From an uncultured Clostridia bacterium (lineage in GTDB: Bacteria > Bacillota > Clostridia > UBA1381 > UBA9506), in contig CALYAO010000057.1 of NCBI GenBank assembly GCA_944393605.1, forward strand, positions 323 through 64,322: a stretch of 64,000 nucleotides of DNA. The letters run 5' to 3'. Every line of letters starts with the position of its first letter. Within the stretch, counting starts at the first letter, position 1. A model generated the notes under the pieces. It saw only the letters and a list, made by a program, of their open reading frames with translations. It searched no databases and was not told the origin of the DNA. Positions 27,095-38,867 of the stretch are shown one piece after another. The position numbers and the translations under genes were made by a program.

Positions 27095-27269
27095 GGTACT
27101 ATGTACTCCTTTCATCGTTTTCCAAGAAATGCCACCGAAGTACCGGCAGCCAAGACCGCTCGTCTTTGCACAACATTGTACCATACATACCCACAAAATG
27201 CAAACCCTTTTTGGAACCATCCAAACAAGGCAGGGGCCCGGCAGACGCCGCATCCCCTGCCATCAGCGG

Positions 27270-28202
27270 CTACTTGGTGAACATGGGTGTGGACAGATAC
27301 CGCTCTCCCGTATCGGGCAAGAGCGCCACGATGGTCTTCCCCGCGTTTTGGGGCCGCTTCGCCACCTCCGCCGCCGCATGCAGTGCGGCGCCCGATGAGA
27401 TGCCAACCAGTACCCCTTCGCAAGCTGCCATGGCGCGTCCGGCCGCAAATGCATCTGCATGCGCAACGCCGATAATCTCATCATAGATGTCCGTATTGAG
27501 GGTGGCTGGCACAAAGCCCGCACCGATCCCCTGCAGCTTATGGGGGCCCGGTTTGCCGCCCGCCAGCACAGGGGAATCCGCCGGTTCCACCGCAACGATC
27601 TGGACCGATGGCTTCCGGGCCTTGAGATACGCGCCGACGCCCGACAGGGTGCCGCCCGTCCCGACCCCCGCCACAAAGATGTCCACGCCGCCGTCAGTGT
27701 CCTCCCAGATTTCAGGCCCTGTGGTGGCCTCATGAGTCGCAGGATTGACGGGATTATCAAACTGCCCGGGGATGAAGCTGCCGGGCAGCTCCGCCGCAAG
27801 CGCCTCCGCCTTCTCGATGGCCCCGCGCATGCCCTTGGCCCCATCGGTGAGCACCAGCTCCGCCCCGTAAGCCTTGAGCAGGCTTCGCCGCTCCACGCTC
27901 ATGGTATCGGGCATGGTGAGAATCACACGGAAGCCCATACTGGCGGCCATGCTGGCAAGGCCAATCCCCGTATTGCCGCTGGTCGGTTCTATGATGACCG
28001 CGCCAGGCGCCAGTTTTCCCGATGCCACCGCGTCTTCCAACATGGCCTTGGCAATGCGGTCTTTGACGCTGCCGGCCGGGTTAAAATACTCCAGCTTGGC
28101 AATCACATCCACCGGCAGCCCCAGCTGCCTGCTAAAACGCGCCAAACGCAGCAGCGGCGTATGCCCTACCAGATCAGTTACTCGGCTTGCAATTTTTCCC
28201 AT
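27270..28202 (-). CDS. cysK: Cysteine synthase A (O-acetylserine sulfhydrylase)
   Basis: [10 protein letters not shown]...[15 protein letters not shown]...[14 protein letters not shown]...[10 protein letters not shown] are canonical PLP-dependent CysK motifs. Confidence 0.9.
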   Translation of the reverse strand: MGKIASRVTDLVGHTPLLRLARFSRQLGLPVDVIAKLEYFNPAGSVKDRIAKAMLEDAVASGKLAPGAVIIEPTSGNTGIGLASMAASMGFRVILTMPDTMSVERRSLLKAYGAELVLTDGAKGMRGAIEKAEALAAELPGSFIPGQFDNPVNPATHEATTGPEIWEDTDGGVDIFVAGVGTGGTLSGVGAYLKARKPSVQIVAVEPADSPVLAGGKPGPHKLQGIGAGFVPATLNTDIYDEIIGVAHADAFAAGRAMAACEGVLVGISSGAALHAAAEVAKRPQNAGKTIVALLPDTGERYLSTPMFTK

Positions 28203-28492
28203 TTCATCCGCTTCCTTTCTAAACATGCGCGCCGCCGTCCATCGGTCTCGTCACGCGTTTTCTTGCACTGTCTAGGATGCCCACTAACACCAGACGCGAA
28301 TCATCCGTTTTCCGCTTTTTTTATTATATGGTACATACAGCTAGATTACAAGCCTTTTTGGCACGGAAAAGAGCGCTTATCCAATGCCAAAACGGCCAAA
28401 GACCATTCCGCAGCACACCTCACCGGCGCATCTGAATGGGATTGCACCATCAGTATCCCATTCGTCCCAAACCACGGGTCGGTTTATGACAC

Positions 28493-28525
28493 AAAAAAGG
28501 CCATGCGGCATTCTCCGCATGGCCC
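28493..28525 (-). terminator. Rho-independent terminator after the zinc-ribbon gene
   Basis: GGCCATGCGG / CCGCATGGCC stem with a T-run on the minus strand. Confidence 0.7.
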
Positions 28526-28567
28526 TCTTGCTACTCTCATTTTCACACTAATCCACAAAGTCAGGGA

Positions 28568-28837
28568 TTATCTGTGGTTTGCAAAGCAGTCGCTGCAGTA
28601 AACGGGACGGTCGTCTCTGGGCTCAAAGGGCACCTGCGCCTCTTTGCCGCAATCCGCGCAAATCGCCGTGTGCATCTCGCGCGGGCCTCTCGCCGCCTGC
28701 TTTCTCGCAGCTCTGCACTCCTTGCAGCGAGTTGGCTCGTTTTCAAAGCCCTTCTCAGCGTAAAACTCTTGTTCGCCGGCTGTGAAAACGAATTCCGCTC
28801 CACAATCCCTGCAGGTTAATGTCTTGTCCTCGTACAT
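28568..28837 (-). CDS. Double zinc-ribbon domain protein
   Basis: 89 aa with CRDCG...CKEC and CADCG...CSDC pairs (TLTCRDCGAEFVFTAGEQEFYAEKGF...PTRCKECR). Confidence 0.7.
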   Translation of the reverse strand: MYEDKTLTCRDCGAEFVFTAGEQEFYAEKGFENEPTRCKECRAARKQAARGPREMHTAICADCGKEAQVPFEPRDDRPVYCSDCFANHR

Positions 28838-28919
28838 TGTAAATCCCTCACTTTGGAAGTAAAATAAATTTATAAAAACGCTTTCGCATTTTTACCAACC
28901 CACAACCACACAACATGTC

Positions 28920-29540
28920 TTACAGCGCGCCCACCGTCAGATACTGCTCCACCTTCCGTTTAATCCGCTGAAGCGCATTGTCAATGGATTTTGGCTTCCG
29001 ACCCAGCAGTTTTGCAATCTGACCATATTTGACGCCCTGCAAATGATACATCAAAACACGCGCCTCAAAACCAGACAAAAGCTTATCAATCCGGCATTCC
29101 ATGCCCGCAATATTTTCCCGCTCGATTACCAGCTGCTCCGGGTTCACATTCTTCCGGCGCACCGATGCCTCATAAAAATCATTGGCCACCTCGCCGCCCG
29201 AGAGCGATATGTAATAATTGAGCGGCACATGCTTCTGCCGCGTTGCGGACTTGACCGCCGTGATGATATGCCGGGTGATACATAAATCCGCAAATGTCCG
29301 AAAAGAGGCGTTTTTGGCGCGATTGTAATCCCGCACCGCCTTAAACAGCCCTATCATTCCCTCCTGGACGACGTCTTCCCGGTCGCCGCCAACGAGGTAA
29401 TACGAGCGCGACTTGAGCCGCACCGTCTCTTTGTATCGCTCCAAAATCCAACCGAGCGCACGCTCATTTCCCGATTGCGCAAGCGCCACGACCTCTTCCT
29501 CACACAGGCCGGGAAAGGGCTCCCTTTCACCCGTCACCAA
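28920..29540 (-). CDS. sigH: Sporulation sigma factor SigH
   Basis: YLVGGDREDVVQEGMIGLFKAVRDYN...FRTFADLCITRHIITAVKSATRQKHVPLN...KSIDNALQRIKRKVEQYL closely follows Bacillus SigH. Start moved to TTG 29540 / GTG 29537 because a promoter lies inside the longest ORF and GGGAGGGG precedes these codons. Confidence 0.85.
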   Translation of the reverse strand: MVTGEREPFPGLCEEEVVALAQSGNERALGWILERYKETVRLKSRSYYLVGGDREDVVQEGMIGLFKAVRDYNRAKNASFRTFADLCITRHIITAVKSATRQKHVPLNYYISLSGGEVANDFYEASVRRKNVNPEQLVIERENIAGMECRIDKLLSGFEARVLMYHLQGVKYGQIAKLLGRKPKSIDNALQRIKRKVEQYLTVGAL

Positions 29541-29648
29541 CAGTTCCCCTCCCACACAAATCTCCGGCACAGCCAACACCGCGTGCCGGTCTGTTGTTTT
29601 CGCCCAAATATACACGGGGACGAAACCTTCCGCTGATTCAGTATGCTC

Positions 29649-29677
29649 ATTATATGCCAACCACCTACAAAAGTCAA
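29649..29677 (-). promoter_or_regulatory. Sigma-A type promoter for sigH
   Basis: On the minus strand, TTGACT (29677-29672), 17-nt spacer, TATAAT (29654-29649). Confidence 0.55.
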
Positions 29678-29719
29678 GCATTATCTTTGAATTTTGGACA
29701 TATTTTTTCCGTTTACCAC

Positions 29720-29749
29720 TTGACCTGCTCCTGCAAAATTTGATATACT
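29720..29749 (+). promoter_or_regulatory. Sigma-A type promoter for guaB
   Basis: TTGACC (29720-29725), 18-nt spacer ending in TGa, TATACT (29744-29749). Confidence 0.45.
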
Positions 29750-29756
29750 AGTATAA

Positions 29757-31295
<1,539 letters not shown>

Positions 31296-31401
31296 GTCAC
31301 TTTTTTCAGAAAAGAGCCGCGAAGCCGTCTGGTTTTGCGGCTCTTGTGTTGCGGCGCGCATGCCGGCCGGTATGCCTGCCGCAGGGAGGAGGAAGGACAC
31401 C

Positions 31402-32247
31402 ATGCCAAGAGATATCTTCGCATACCGCATCCTGGTGGGCTGCATTGCCGCATTGCTATTGCTGTTTTTGGCGGGCATGTGGCAAAGCCGTAAGCTGAAA
31501 ACCATCCATTACACCATAGCATCCGACAAGCTGTCCGCTCCTATCCGCATTGCGCTGGTGACCGACCTGCATGCCTGCTGGTATGGGGAGGAGCAGGCCG
31601 AACTGGTGGATGCCGTCCTGGACCTTGCGCCCGATGTGGTGCTGCTGGGCGGGGATATCTTCGACGACGAACTCCCCTTTGACAACGCGCGCGCCTTTGT
31701 CTCCGCCATCGCAGCACAGTTTCCTACCTATTATGTCGCCGGCAACCATGAACACCGGCGGGGAGAAATGGACACCATTCACCAGATGGTGCGAGACGCA
31801 GGCGCAGCGGTCCTCGCGGGAGACTGCGTGCCGCTTACAATCGGCACGCAAACCATCAATCTCTGTGGCGTGGATGATCCTGAGGGCATGGACGCCAACG
31901 AATACACCGCGCAGTTAAACCGGACCTTTGCCGCCGCGGAGCCCGGCCGTTTTACCATCCTGCTCACCCACCGGCCTGAGCGCATCCAGGAATACTTGGC
32001 CCATTCGGTGGACTTGGTGCTGGCCGGACATGCGCATGGCGGACAATGGCGCATCCCCGGCCTTCTAAACGGCCTCATTGCCCCCAACCAGGGGTTGTTC
32101 CCCAAATACGCAGGCGGCAAATATGACTTCGCTTCAGGCGCCACCATGGTCGTGAGCCGCGGTCTTGCCCGGGAAAGCACGCGGATTCCGCGGGTATACA
32201 ACCCGCCCGAGCTGGTCTTTGTGGAGCTGACGGGACGGGGAACTTGA
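31402..32247 (+). CDS. Membrane-anchored metallophosphoesterase (YkuE-like)
   Basis: N-terminal TM helix, then LVTDLH, GGDIFDD, AGNHE and GHAHGGQ calcineurin-like motifs. GGAGGAGGAAGG RBS before ATG 31402. Confidence 0.8.
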   Translation: MPRDIFAYRILVGCIAALLLLFLAGMWQSRKLKTIHYTIASDKLSAPIRIALVTDLHACWYGEEQAELVDAVLDLAPDVVLLGGDIFDDELPFDNARAFVSAIAAQFPTYYVAGNHEHRRGEMDTIHQMVRDAGAAVLAGDCVPLTIGTQTINLCGVDDPEGMDANEYTAQLNRTFAAAEPGRFTILLTHRPERIQEYLAHSVDLVLAGHAHGGQWRIPGLLNGLIAPNQGLFPKYAGGKYDFASGATMVVSRGLARESTRIPRVYNPPELVFVELTGRGT

Positions 32248-32511
32248 CAAGCGGTCACGGCATCTGCCCCGCCTGCATTTCCACGCTGCACAACCGCCTC
32301 TGGTATAACCGGGGGCTTTTTTCATGCCCGTAACACCCGCCAAGCCGCCTGTTCCGCCCGGCGGGCATACGAGCAAAAAGTGCGGACGCAAGCTTCACTT
32401 CGTCACATCGCAGTGGTCACTGCCGCATGCGGATACATCCCGCGCGGCGCCAATGAGGACTATGCGCGTGCGGCCTAACATGTTCCAAACGCACACCCGG
32501 CAAAACGTCAT

Positions 32512-32548
32512 AAAAAAACGCCGTGGAAGGAATTCCTTCCACGGCGTT
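32512..32548 (-). terminator. Rho-independent terminator
   Basis: ACGCCGTGGAAGG / CCTTCCACGGCGT stem with a T-run on the minus strand, just after the 32561 stop. Confidence 0.75.
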
Positions 32549-32560
32549 TACCATCGACCG

Positions 32561-34627
32561 TCAATCTGCCAGCATATTGTATACGATCATGACCGTTTCT
32601 CCATTGGTCACATTGCTGTCGGGGGAGAAGTTCCCCGCGTCATCCCCGCTGACAATGCCCAGGCCCGTTGCGATTGCGACATAGCCCTTATACGCATCCT
32701 CAATGGCATCCCCATAGGGATACACAAAGATGTCAGACAGCTCTGCAACCTCGGCGTAGCCCAGCGAACGCACCACGAAGCGCACCGCATCCTTGCGGGT
32801 GACCGCTGCGTCAGGCGCCTTCTCGTCGGCATTTATGATGCCCAGGTTTTCCAAAACGCCATATAGCTCCTCCTGGTCCTCGGGCGCATACCCGCTGACC
32901 GTCCGATACAAAAAGCGCAGGAAATCCACCTGAGAGATGGCCTCATCGGGCTTCACTTCCGCCCGGTTGAAGTAGATGCCGTTTTCCGCGAGCTTGAGCG
33001 CCGCATCCCGGCACCAGTGGTCCGCGATGTCGGTGTAAACCGGCGCCTCCTGCTCCACATATGCCGTACCGTCCCCGTTGATGCGGGTCGCGGTAAACGG
33101 ATCGTACATCGCATAGCTGTTCTCCAAGAAATCATAAACCAGCAGTTTATTCTCGGTGAAATTGCGATACATCAGTTCATAGGACAAGTCGTCGGCCGCC
33201 GCATCCAAAATCTCGCTGTCTGTCTTAACGCCCGCAATGGAGGGGAAGGAAACGTCATCAAACCAATTGCTGTCATAGTTATAAATCTCACCCGTCACAA
33301 GATCGATGGAAGCGCGCAGGTAGTTGTCCGAAACAGCAATGCCGTTCTCCTGCCGGACATACCGCACCGAAAGCACAGATGGCACTTCTTCCTCCTCATT
33401 TAAGGGGATGGGGCGCGGATACACCCGGTTCTCCTGTTCTGCTTCCTCGGATTTTGCAAATTTGTCGGGACTGATGCTCCGAATAAACGCAGCGATCTTT
33501 TCTTTTCCTTCCTCCTGCGTCAGCGTGTTTTCTCCTTCGCTGGCGGCCATGTTTGCCGGGCAGTAGAAGGACAGCAGCTCGCCTGTCTTGGCATCCACCG
33601 AGGCGCTGCCATATTGTTCCTCACTGCGGAAGGACAAATTCCAGACATACTTCTCCTTCTCCCAAGCGTTCCGATACAGCCGCGCATCGCTCGCCTCATA
33701 CCCGTCTAATCCCGCCACAGCGGAGGTGACCTTCTCTATGGCCTGTTCCTTGGTGAGAAGACCCGCAATCTCTTCCACCGCAGCCATCTCTTCGGGCGTC
33801 AATTCATTTTTCAAACTAGATCCACCGCCTGACCCAGCATTGGTATCCATGGCGGCTTCTTCGGCCTGGGGTGCAAGCCCGCGGTATGCTTCCTCCGTCA
33901 GATCTACCACCGTTCCATCCGCCGCATCAATGGCAAGATTGCCCGAGCTGATGGTATAGGCCGGGAACATATGGATGGTTTCAGTTTCATAATCGTAATA
34001 AGATTCATACGTGAGCTCCACCCCGATCTCCGCGAGGTAGGCCGCCTTTGCAGCATCCAGCGCAACCACACCGTCCGCCGCCGGATAGCCCTGCCCGTCG
34101 TCATAGTTTCCATAGTAAGAGGTGACTTCCCCCGTCATCTTGTCCACTACAACCACCAGATTGTTGTCCGACACTCTGATGTCATTGACGTACTGATAAA
34201 ACCGATAGGAAAATCCCGCATACGCAAGACTGCTGCTCTCCAGCTGGAGGCTCCCATATGTATCTCCCGTGACGTTCTGCAAAAAGGCCTGTGCCGCAGC
34301 AAGCCCTTCCTCCTTGGAGATCTTGGAAAGCCCGTCTTCCCGGTTGTCCGAATCCCGGCTGATGTTGAAGTTGGTCAGCGTTCCGTCCTCCCGGATGGTC
34401 GCCGACAGTCGCTCGGTGTTGTCCGAATTCCGCCAGGTCAAATGCCAGCTCTTTTGCCCATAGACCTCATCGCTGCCATAGCTGAATTCTGACAGCTCCT
34501 CGGGAACCGTCACCATGGACTTGACGCGCGTGATGGCTTCGGCGAGCCCGTCCTCCTGCGCCCCATACACCACACTGACACTCAGCAGCATCAGAAGGCT
34601 CAAAAGCAATGCCAATCCCTTTTTCAT
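32561..34627 (-). CDS. Secreted SLH-domain surface protein with repeated PepSY/YcdB-like modules
   Basis: Signal peptide KKGLALLLSLLMLLSVSVVYGA. C-terminal SLH-like repeats (YTDIADHWCRDAALKLAENGIYF...; ...KGYVAIATGLGIVSGDDAGNFSPDSNVTNGETVMIVYNML). Confidence 0.7.
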   Translation of the reverse strand: MKKGLALLLSLLMLLSVSVVYGAQEDGLAEAITRVKSMVTVPEELSEFSYGSDEVYGQKSWHLTWRNSDNTERLSATIREDGTLTNFNISRDSDNREDGLSKISKEEGLAAAQAFLQNVTGDTYGSLQLESSSLAYAGFSYRFYQYVNDIRVSDNNLVVVVDKMTGEVTSYYGNYDDGQGYPAADGVVALDAAKAAYLAEIGVELTYESYYDYETETIHMFPAYTISSGNLAIDAADGTVVDLTEEAYRGLAPQAEEAAMDTNAGSGGGSSLKNELTPEEMAAVEEIAGLLTKEQAIEKVTSAVAGLDGYEASDARLYRNAWEKEKYVWNLSFRSEEQYGSASVDAKTGELLSFYCPANMAASEGENTLTQEEGKEKIAAFIRSISPDKFAKSEEAEQENRVYPRPIPLNEEEEVPSVLSVRYVRQENGIAVSDNYLRASIDLVTGEIYNYDSNWFDDVSFPSIAGVKTDSEILDAAADDLSYELMYRNFTENKLLVYDFLENSYAMYDPFTATRINGDGTAYVEQEAPVYTDIADHWCRDAALKLAENGIYFNRAEVKPDEAISQVDFLRFLYRTVSGYAPEDQEELYGVLENLGIINADEKAPDAAVTRKDAVRFVVRSLGYAEVAELSDIFVYPYGDAIEDAYKGYVAIATGLGIVSGDDAGNFSPDSNVTNGETVMIVYNMLAD

Positions 34628-34872
34628 GTTTCCCATCCTTTCTATTGTTTTAATATACCCGATTACAAAGCTACAAGGTTTAGACTGCTATCAGCGGAAA
34701 AATGTTCCGCTTTTTTTAAAATCTTCCTTCCCACCCTTTCTCCTTGACGGAAAACAAGAAGTTGGTTATAATAAAGTGTATGAAATGACGGATCGTGGCG
34801 CTGTTTTTTTACCTTTGCACCATTCGATTCCACAGCACAGCGGGAAGTTGACATCCCGAGGAGGCACACGAC

Positions 34873-35436
34873 ATGACCAAAGCGCAATACCGTTCGCATT
34901 TTAAGGCCCTGCGGGACCGCGCGGCAAATGAGCAAGCTTCCGCCGCCATTTGCCGCCTCCTCTTGGCCAGCCCCGTCTACCATGCGGCAAGCCGGATCAT
35001 GACCTATCTCTCCTTTGGCAGCGAACCCGACACGCTGGCGCTTGCGCGCATGGTATTATCGGACGGCAAGGCGCTGTGTGTCCCCGTCTGCAACCCCGCA
35101 GACTGTACCATGACTCCCTGTGCCGTCTACGGCATGGACGAGCTGCAACCCGGTCACTATGGCATTTTAGAGCCCGCTGCACTGCACCCCGTGCCGCCCG
35201 GCAGCATCGACCTCGTGGTGGTGCCCGGCATCGCGTTTGACCGCATGGGCCACCGCATCGGGTATGGAAAGGGGTACTACGACCGGTTTTTGTCCCAAAC
35301 AGCCGTCACCGCCGATACCGTTGGCCTGTGCTTTGACCCGTGCCTTGTGGATGCACTGCCCCACGATGCATACGACATCCCGGTCCGGCACATCATTACC
35401 CCCAGCGGGATGCTTGACAGCCAGGAACCGTCATAA
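34873..35436 (+). CDS. 5-formyltetrahydrofolate cyclo-ligase
   Basis: YLSFGSEPDT...VVPGIAFDRMGHRIGYGKGYYDRFL is the family signature. Confidence 0.85.
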   Translation: MTKAQYRSHFKALRDRAANEQASAAICRLLLASPVYHAASRIMTYLSFGSEPDTLALARMVLSDGKALCVPVCNPADCTMTPCAVYGMDELQPGHYGILEPAALHPVPPGSIDLVVVPGIAFDRMGHRIGYGKGYYDRFLSQTAVTADTVGLCFDPCLVDALPHDAYDIPVRHIITPSGMLDSQEPS

Positions 35437-35588
35437 AGGAGCGTGTCAGCAGGTGACAGAGCGGGCCCGATATGCCGCATAGACAGGCATCAGGCAGGTC
35501 AAATCGGGGCATAGCGCGACGGGAGCGCGCATCTGACAGCCATCGCACATGTATATCACTCGCATTGTAAGAGCAGGAGGGGACCCCC

Positions 35589-36635
35589 ATGTATCAAACA
35601 CGCATACGCAAGCTGCTGGACGCCATTTCGGCGGAAGCGGCATACATCACCAGCCCGCAGAACCGCTATTATTTCAGCGGATTTACCGGGACATCCGCCA
35701 CGTTGGTGCTGTCTCCAAAGGGCCTCTATCTCTTCACCGACTCGCGGTACCGCGTCCAAGCGGCCCAGCAGGCCAAAGATTTCACAATATGTGACATTAC
35801 TGATGGGAGCCTTTGGAACCTGCTGGACGGTTTCTCCTCCCTTGCCATCGAGGAGGCATTCTGCACCGTTCGGGACTTTCACCGGCTGCGGGATAAGCTG
35901 GGAAGTACCGCACTGTGCGATTGCAGCGCGGATATCGGGCAGCTCCGTGCGGTCAAGGACGCGCAGGAGCTTTCCCATATCCGAACGGCGGCGGAGATCG
36001 CAGATCGGGGCTTTGCCCACATCCTGCCCCAGCTCACCCCCGGCAAGACCGAACGGGAGCTGGCCCTCGCGCTGGAGTTTTTTATGCGGGAGCAGGGGGC
36101 GGAGGCCCTCAGCTTCGAAACCATCCTGGCATCGGGCGAGCGCAGCGCCATGCCGCACGGGACGGCATCGGACAAGGTGCTGGCAGAAGGGGAACTGGTG
36201 ACGCTGGATTTTGGCTGTAAATTTGCGGGGTATTGCAGCGACATGACCCGTACGGTGGCGCTGGGGCAAATCGACGACCGCGCGCGGGACATCTACGAAA
36301 CCGTGCGCGCCGCACAGCAGGCCGCGCTGGATGCCATCCGCCCGGGCGCAGCCTGCCGCGACGTGGACAAAGCGGCGCGGGATGTCATCGCCGCACAGGG
36401 GTACGGGGAGCACTTTGGCCATGCGCTGGGGCACTCGCTGGGGCTGGATATCCACGAATCCCCCAACTGCAGCCCCCGGTCGGAGGACACCCTTGCGCCC
36501 GGCATGCTCATGACGGCCGAGCCAGGCATCTACCTGGACGGCATCTGCGGTGTTCGGATTGAAGATCTGGTGGCAGTGACAGCAGACGGGTACGAAAACT
36601 TCACCACCTCCCCCAAAGAACTGCTGGTTCTGTAA
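35589..36635 (+). CDS. M24-family Xaa-Pro aminopeptidase
   Basis: DFGCKFAGYCSDMTRT, GHALGHSLGLDIHE and EPGIYLDGICGVRIEDLV are metal-ligand motifs of M24B peptidases. Confidence 0.85.
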   Translation: MYQTRIRKLLDAISAEAAYITSPQNRYYFSGFTGTSATLVLSPKGLYLFTDSRYRVQAAQQAKDFTICDITDGSLWNLLDGFSSLAIEEAFCTVRDFHRLRDKLGSTALCDCSADIGQLRAVKDAQELSHIRTAAEIADRGFAHILPQLTPGKTERELALALEFFMREQGAEALSFETILASGERSAMPHGTASDKVLAEGELVTLDFGCKFAGYCSDMTRTVALGQIDDRARDIYETVRAAQQAALDAIRPGAACRDVDKAARDVIAAQGYGEHFGHALGHSLGLDIHESPNCSPRSEDTLAPGMLMTAEPGIYLDGICGVRIEDLVAVTADGYENFTTSPKELLVL

Positions 36636-36696
36636 CAGGTTGAGGGCGAAGGGCCCCGCCCTATTTACGACATCTCATGTGACAGGAGGGATGGAT

Positions 36697-38232
36697 ATGA
36701 TTGCAACCATCCAAAGCTGCGGCCTCATGGGCATTGACGGATACATCGTGACCGTGGAGGTGGACACCGGGAACGGCATGCCCGCATTTGATGTGGTGGG
36801 TCTGCCCGATGCGGCGGTCAAGGAGTCCCGGGAACGGGTGCGCGCTGCCATGAAAAATTGCGGCCTCCCCTTCCCCCTAAAGCACGTGACCGTGAACCTC
36901 GCGCCCGCCAACATCCGCAAAGAGGGCCCCATTTATGACCTGCCCATCTGTGTCGGCATGCTGGTATGCTGTGAGCAGGTGAGCCAGCAGAGCACCGAGC
37001 ATACCATGTTTCTGGGAGAGCTGTCCCTGACGGGGGAGCTGCGTCCTGTCATGGGTGCGCTCCCCATGGTGATGGCAGCCCAGGCCGCCGGCATCCAAAA
37101 CGTCATTCTGCCCGCCGCCAACGCGCTGGAGGCGGCTGTGGTGAGTGGAGTCCATGTCCATCCCGCAAACAATCTCACCGAGATCATCCGGCACCTGCGG
37201 GGCGAAGCGCCCATCCCGCGCTTCACGGTGGATACCGCACAGCTGTTTGCGCGCGGCAACCAGTATCCCATTGACTTTGCGGACGTCAAGGGGCAGGAGA
37301 ACGTGAAGCGTGCGCTGGAGGTCGCGGCAGCGGGCGGGCACAACTGCCTGCTCATCGGCCCGCCCGGCTCGGGTAAGACCATGCTGGCACAGCGCCTGCC
37401 CACCATCCTGCCCAACCTCTCCTTCGGGGAGGCGCTGGAGGTCACCAAAATTCACTCCATTGCAGGAACGCTGCCGCCCGATACCCCGCTGCTCGCGACG
37501 CGGCCCTTCCGCAGCCCCCACCATACCATCTCCGCTATGGGGCTGGCGGGCGGCGGGCGCATCCCCAAGCCGGGGGAGATCAGCCTCGCGCACCACGGGG
37601 TTTTGTTTTTGGACGAGCTGCCCGAATTCAGCAAGGACGTGCTGGAGGTTATGCGACAGCCGCTGGAGAACGGCGTGGTCACCATCGCCCGGGTGGGCGC
37701 CACCCTCTCCTACCCGTGCAACACCATGCTGATTGCGGCCATGAACCCCTGTAAATGCGGATACTACGGCGACCCCAACCACACGTGCACCTGCTCGGAG
37801 GCGCAGATCCAGCAGTATCTCGGCCGCATCAGCGGTCCGCTCCTCGACCGTATCGACCTGCATGTGGAGGTGTCTCCCGTGGCGTTTTCCGACCTGTCCA
37901 AGCGCGGGGACAGCGAACCCTCTGCGGCCATCAAAGAACGGGTGGACCGCGCGCGGGCAATCCAGCAGGCGCGCTTTGCGGATACGGAGGGCGTTTATGC
38001 CAATGCCCAGATGAACGAGCGGCAGATGGAGCAGTTCTGTGCACTGGGCAAGCAGGAGCAAAACATCCTCAAAATGGCCTTTGACCGCCTTGGCCTGTCC
38101 GCACGGGCACACAACCGCATCCTAAAGGTCGCGCGCACCATCGCGGACCTTGCGGGTGCGGAGCACATCGGCACAGAGCACCTGGCGGAAGCCATCCAGT
38201 ACCGCAGCCTCGACCGCAAATTTTGGCGATAA
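36697..38232 (+). CDS. YifB/ComM family Mg-chelatase-like AAA+ ATPase
   Basis: N-terminal Lon-like domain (GLPDAAVKESRERV), Walker A GPPGSGKT, Walker B VLFLDELPEF, and the CxC zinc motif. Confidence 0.9.
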   Translation: MIATIQSCGLMGIDGYIVTVEVDTGNGMPAFDVVGLPDAAVKESRERVRAAMKNCGLPFPLKHVTVNLAPANIRKEGPIYDLPICVGMLVCCEQVSQQSTEHTMFLGELSLTGELRPVMGALPMVMAAQAAGIQNVILPAANALEAAVVSGVHVHPANNLTEIIRHLRGEAPIPRFTVDTAQLFARGNQYPIDFADVKGQENVKRALEVAAAGGHNCLLIGPPGSGKTMLAQRLPTILPNLSFGEALEVTKIHSIAGTLPPDTPLLATRPFRSPHHTISAMGLAGGGRIPKPGEISLAHHGVLFLDELPEFSKDVLEVMRQPLENGVVTIARVGATLSYPCNTMLIAAMNPCKCGYYGDPNHTCTCSEAQIQQYLGRISGPLLDRIDLHVEVSPVAFSDLSKRGDSEPSAAIKERVDRARAIQQARFADTEGVYANAQMNERQMEQFCALGKQEQNILKMAFDRLGLSARAHNRILKVARTIADLAGAEHIGTEHLAEAIQYRSLDRKFWR

Positions 38233-38349
38233 GGAAATTTTTTCCATTTCTATGCAGTGTCTTTCCTACAACCCAAAAAATCCATTGCCTTTTTTGCAAA
38301 TGTATGGTATACTGAAACAGAAGAATGTGGAAACTGCAAGTAGAAGGGA

Positions 38350-38661
38350 ATGGATAGTATGGCTGCCAAAAAAGCAAAACTAGACCATCTGGTCTATCAG
38401 AACAAGCCGCTCCTGCGGGACGGCAATAAGATATTTTTAGGGGATTTTTCCGAAAAGTATATCACGGTATTTACCATCAACTCCACCAAAGACGTCGGCG
38501 GGCTGCAGGTCGCAGACGACGTCACCATCCAGCTGCTGGAAAAGCACGGTGCGGATATCTCCACCGCGCGGGTGGTCAAAAAGGCGGAGCGGGATACCCT
38601 GTATGCCGCGCTGGACATCGGTGCGTTCTGGCTGCAGGATGCGCTGGACCCCGAATTTTAA
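38350..38661 (+). CDS. Hypothetical protein
   Basis: 103-aa ORF followed by a strong terminator. No motif recognised. Confidence 0.5.
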   Translation: MDSMAAKKAKLDHLVYQNKPLLRDGNKIFLGDFSEKYITVFTINSTKDVGGLQVADDVTIQLLEKHGADISTARVVKKAERDTLYAALDIGAFWLQDALDPEF

Positions 38662-38667
38662 AAAACA

Positions 38668-38702
38668 AAAACCCTCATTTTGCACATGAGGGTTTTTTTG
38701 TT
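38668..38702 (+). terminator. Rho-independent terminator
   Basis: AAACCCTCAT / ATGAGGGTTT stem followed by TTTTTTG. Confidence 0.75.
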
Positions 38703-38867
38703 GTGCCTCAGGTGCACTGTGCCCGTTCCAACGGGTTGCAAGCAGATGCCGCTGGTAGGTATCCGCCCCTGAATATTTACAAATTCTGGATTTTGTTTGC
38801 ATCTCCTTCACATATCTGCTATAATGGTATCACGAATCAAAACAGACCACATACAGGAGGACTACAC

